From Raillietiella orientalis (Eukaryota), in the NCBI GenBank assembly GCA_036172245.1, contig JAYWIR010000005.1, positions 930,001 through 994,000 of the forward strand: a stretch of 64,000 bases of DNA, given 5' to 3'. The stretch's first letter is position 1; each line of letters opens with the position of its first letter. Below the pieces are notes generated by a model that was given only the letters and a program-made list of their open reading frames with translations, was not told where the DNA came from and made no database searches. Shown piece by piece: positions 63,001 to 64,000 of the stretch. The translations under genes and the position numbers were made by a program.

Positions 63001-64000
63001 CGGAACTGCAAGCTGGCTTTTCAGTTGTGGCATGCCACTGATGGTAGATAACCGACAAGTGTCGGCAGCACTGCACGTTCTGTCGCGGAAGGTTCCGAAT
63101 TCACGTATCATCCTCTTAGGGGATTTTTCTTAAACGGAATTTGACGTTTCCGATACCACCCTTGCATTTTCTCATGATGGCTATCGCGTGTGCTTCTCAG
63201 GGTCCTCAGCTGCTCATCTGGCGAATATGCGGATCAGAGCAGCAGAATGCTTTCGTGTCTCGGAGATTAAGCCCACGAGGATGATGATCGGTCAGTGCGT
63301 GACGTAGCGACGTGGCAATAGGAATTACTTTTAAGAGGTGGCGAAAGCTGTTTCAGATGCGGAGAATGGAAAGATTCGAACATCCATCCAAAAGGGAACG
63401 CAAGCATGGGCTCCAAGAAAAGCGTGCTTGAAATCGAGCCTGAGGGAAAGCTCTTGGACGACGCTTATCGTCTCGAAATCTCGCGTAGGAATATTCATGA
63501 AGTGTCCCGTGAACTTTAGTGTCAGGCAGCACAGACTCACCTGAACTTTTGCCGAAAGCCCGGAAATGCTAGTGAAGACAAGACTTACGGATGCCTATGG
63601 GTATACCACAACAACAAAAAACATTTCCGATGATAGATACTATCTGTTAAGAGCCTTTGTCCAGCTGTCAGGGGGGGGAGCTACATAAACTGCTTTTTTC
63701 TATATATATATTTTTTTTCCAGCACGATTATCAATAACACGTAGAACATTGAAACATGCTTCTAAGACGAACGCGCGCTGCTACCAAAATCTTTCAACTC
63801 TTGCAATATTGCTACCAAAAATAAGCATGAGATCCGGGTTCAAAAACTGGAAGCTGCTTCAGAGATTCCTCTCTGTGCTGGGAGAGAAAATTTTCTTAAC
63901 TACCACCGTTCGGAACCTGAGATTAGGTGGCTCAAAAGCTATGGCAAGAGTATCGCGATGTCGCAATCATCTCGGAGTCTCATAAGATGGAAAGTGTCCG

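Noticed and set aside
1..64000. Alternative genetic code (stop-codon reassignment)
   Set aside because: The conserved RhoGEF and MARVEL exons contain no internal stops, TGA terminates the MARVEL gene at the expected place, and a frameshift accompanies the stops elsewhere, which favours decay or mis-predicted exons.

Overview
This is eukaryotic (animal, probably arthropod-like) genomic DNA: a GC-rich background with AT-rich islands, short GT-AG introns, and no prokaryotic operons or CRISPR arrays. Most long six-frame ORFs are GC-driven artefacts. Two genes are recognisable. One is a minus-strand PLEKHG5/PLEKHG7-type RhoGEF (RBD-like region plus Dbl-homology domain) that runs off the left edge. 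The other is a small two-exon MARVEL/Snakeskin-like membrane protein gene at 44.8-46.7 kb. Several other phase-consistent spliced genes of unknown product can be assembled by eye, and some carry internal stops or frameshifts. A decayed Jockey/I-type LINE fragment lies at about 25 kb. The most unusual elements are non-coding. (1) A four-copy tRNA-headed SINE-like family has a body built from a variable-copy array of small hairpins, several UUCG-capped, and a conserved 3' stem-loop. (2) A 624-bp foldback element has about 98% identical 225-bp arms. (3) Several near-perfect hairpins occur, two of them intronic, pre-miRNA-sized and ending just before an AG. All calls come from manual reading; no database search or folding program was run.
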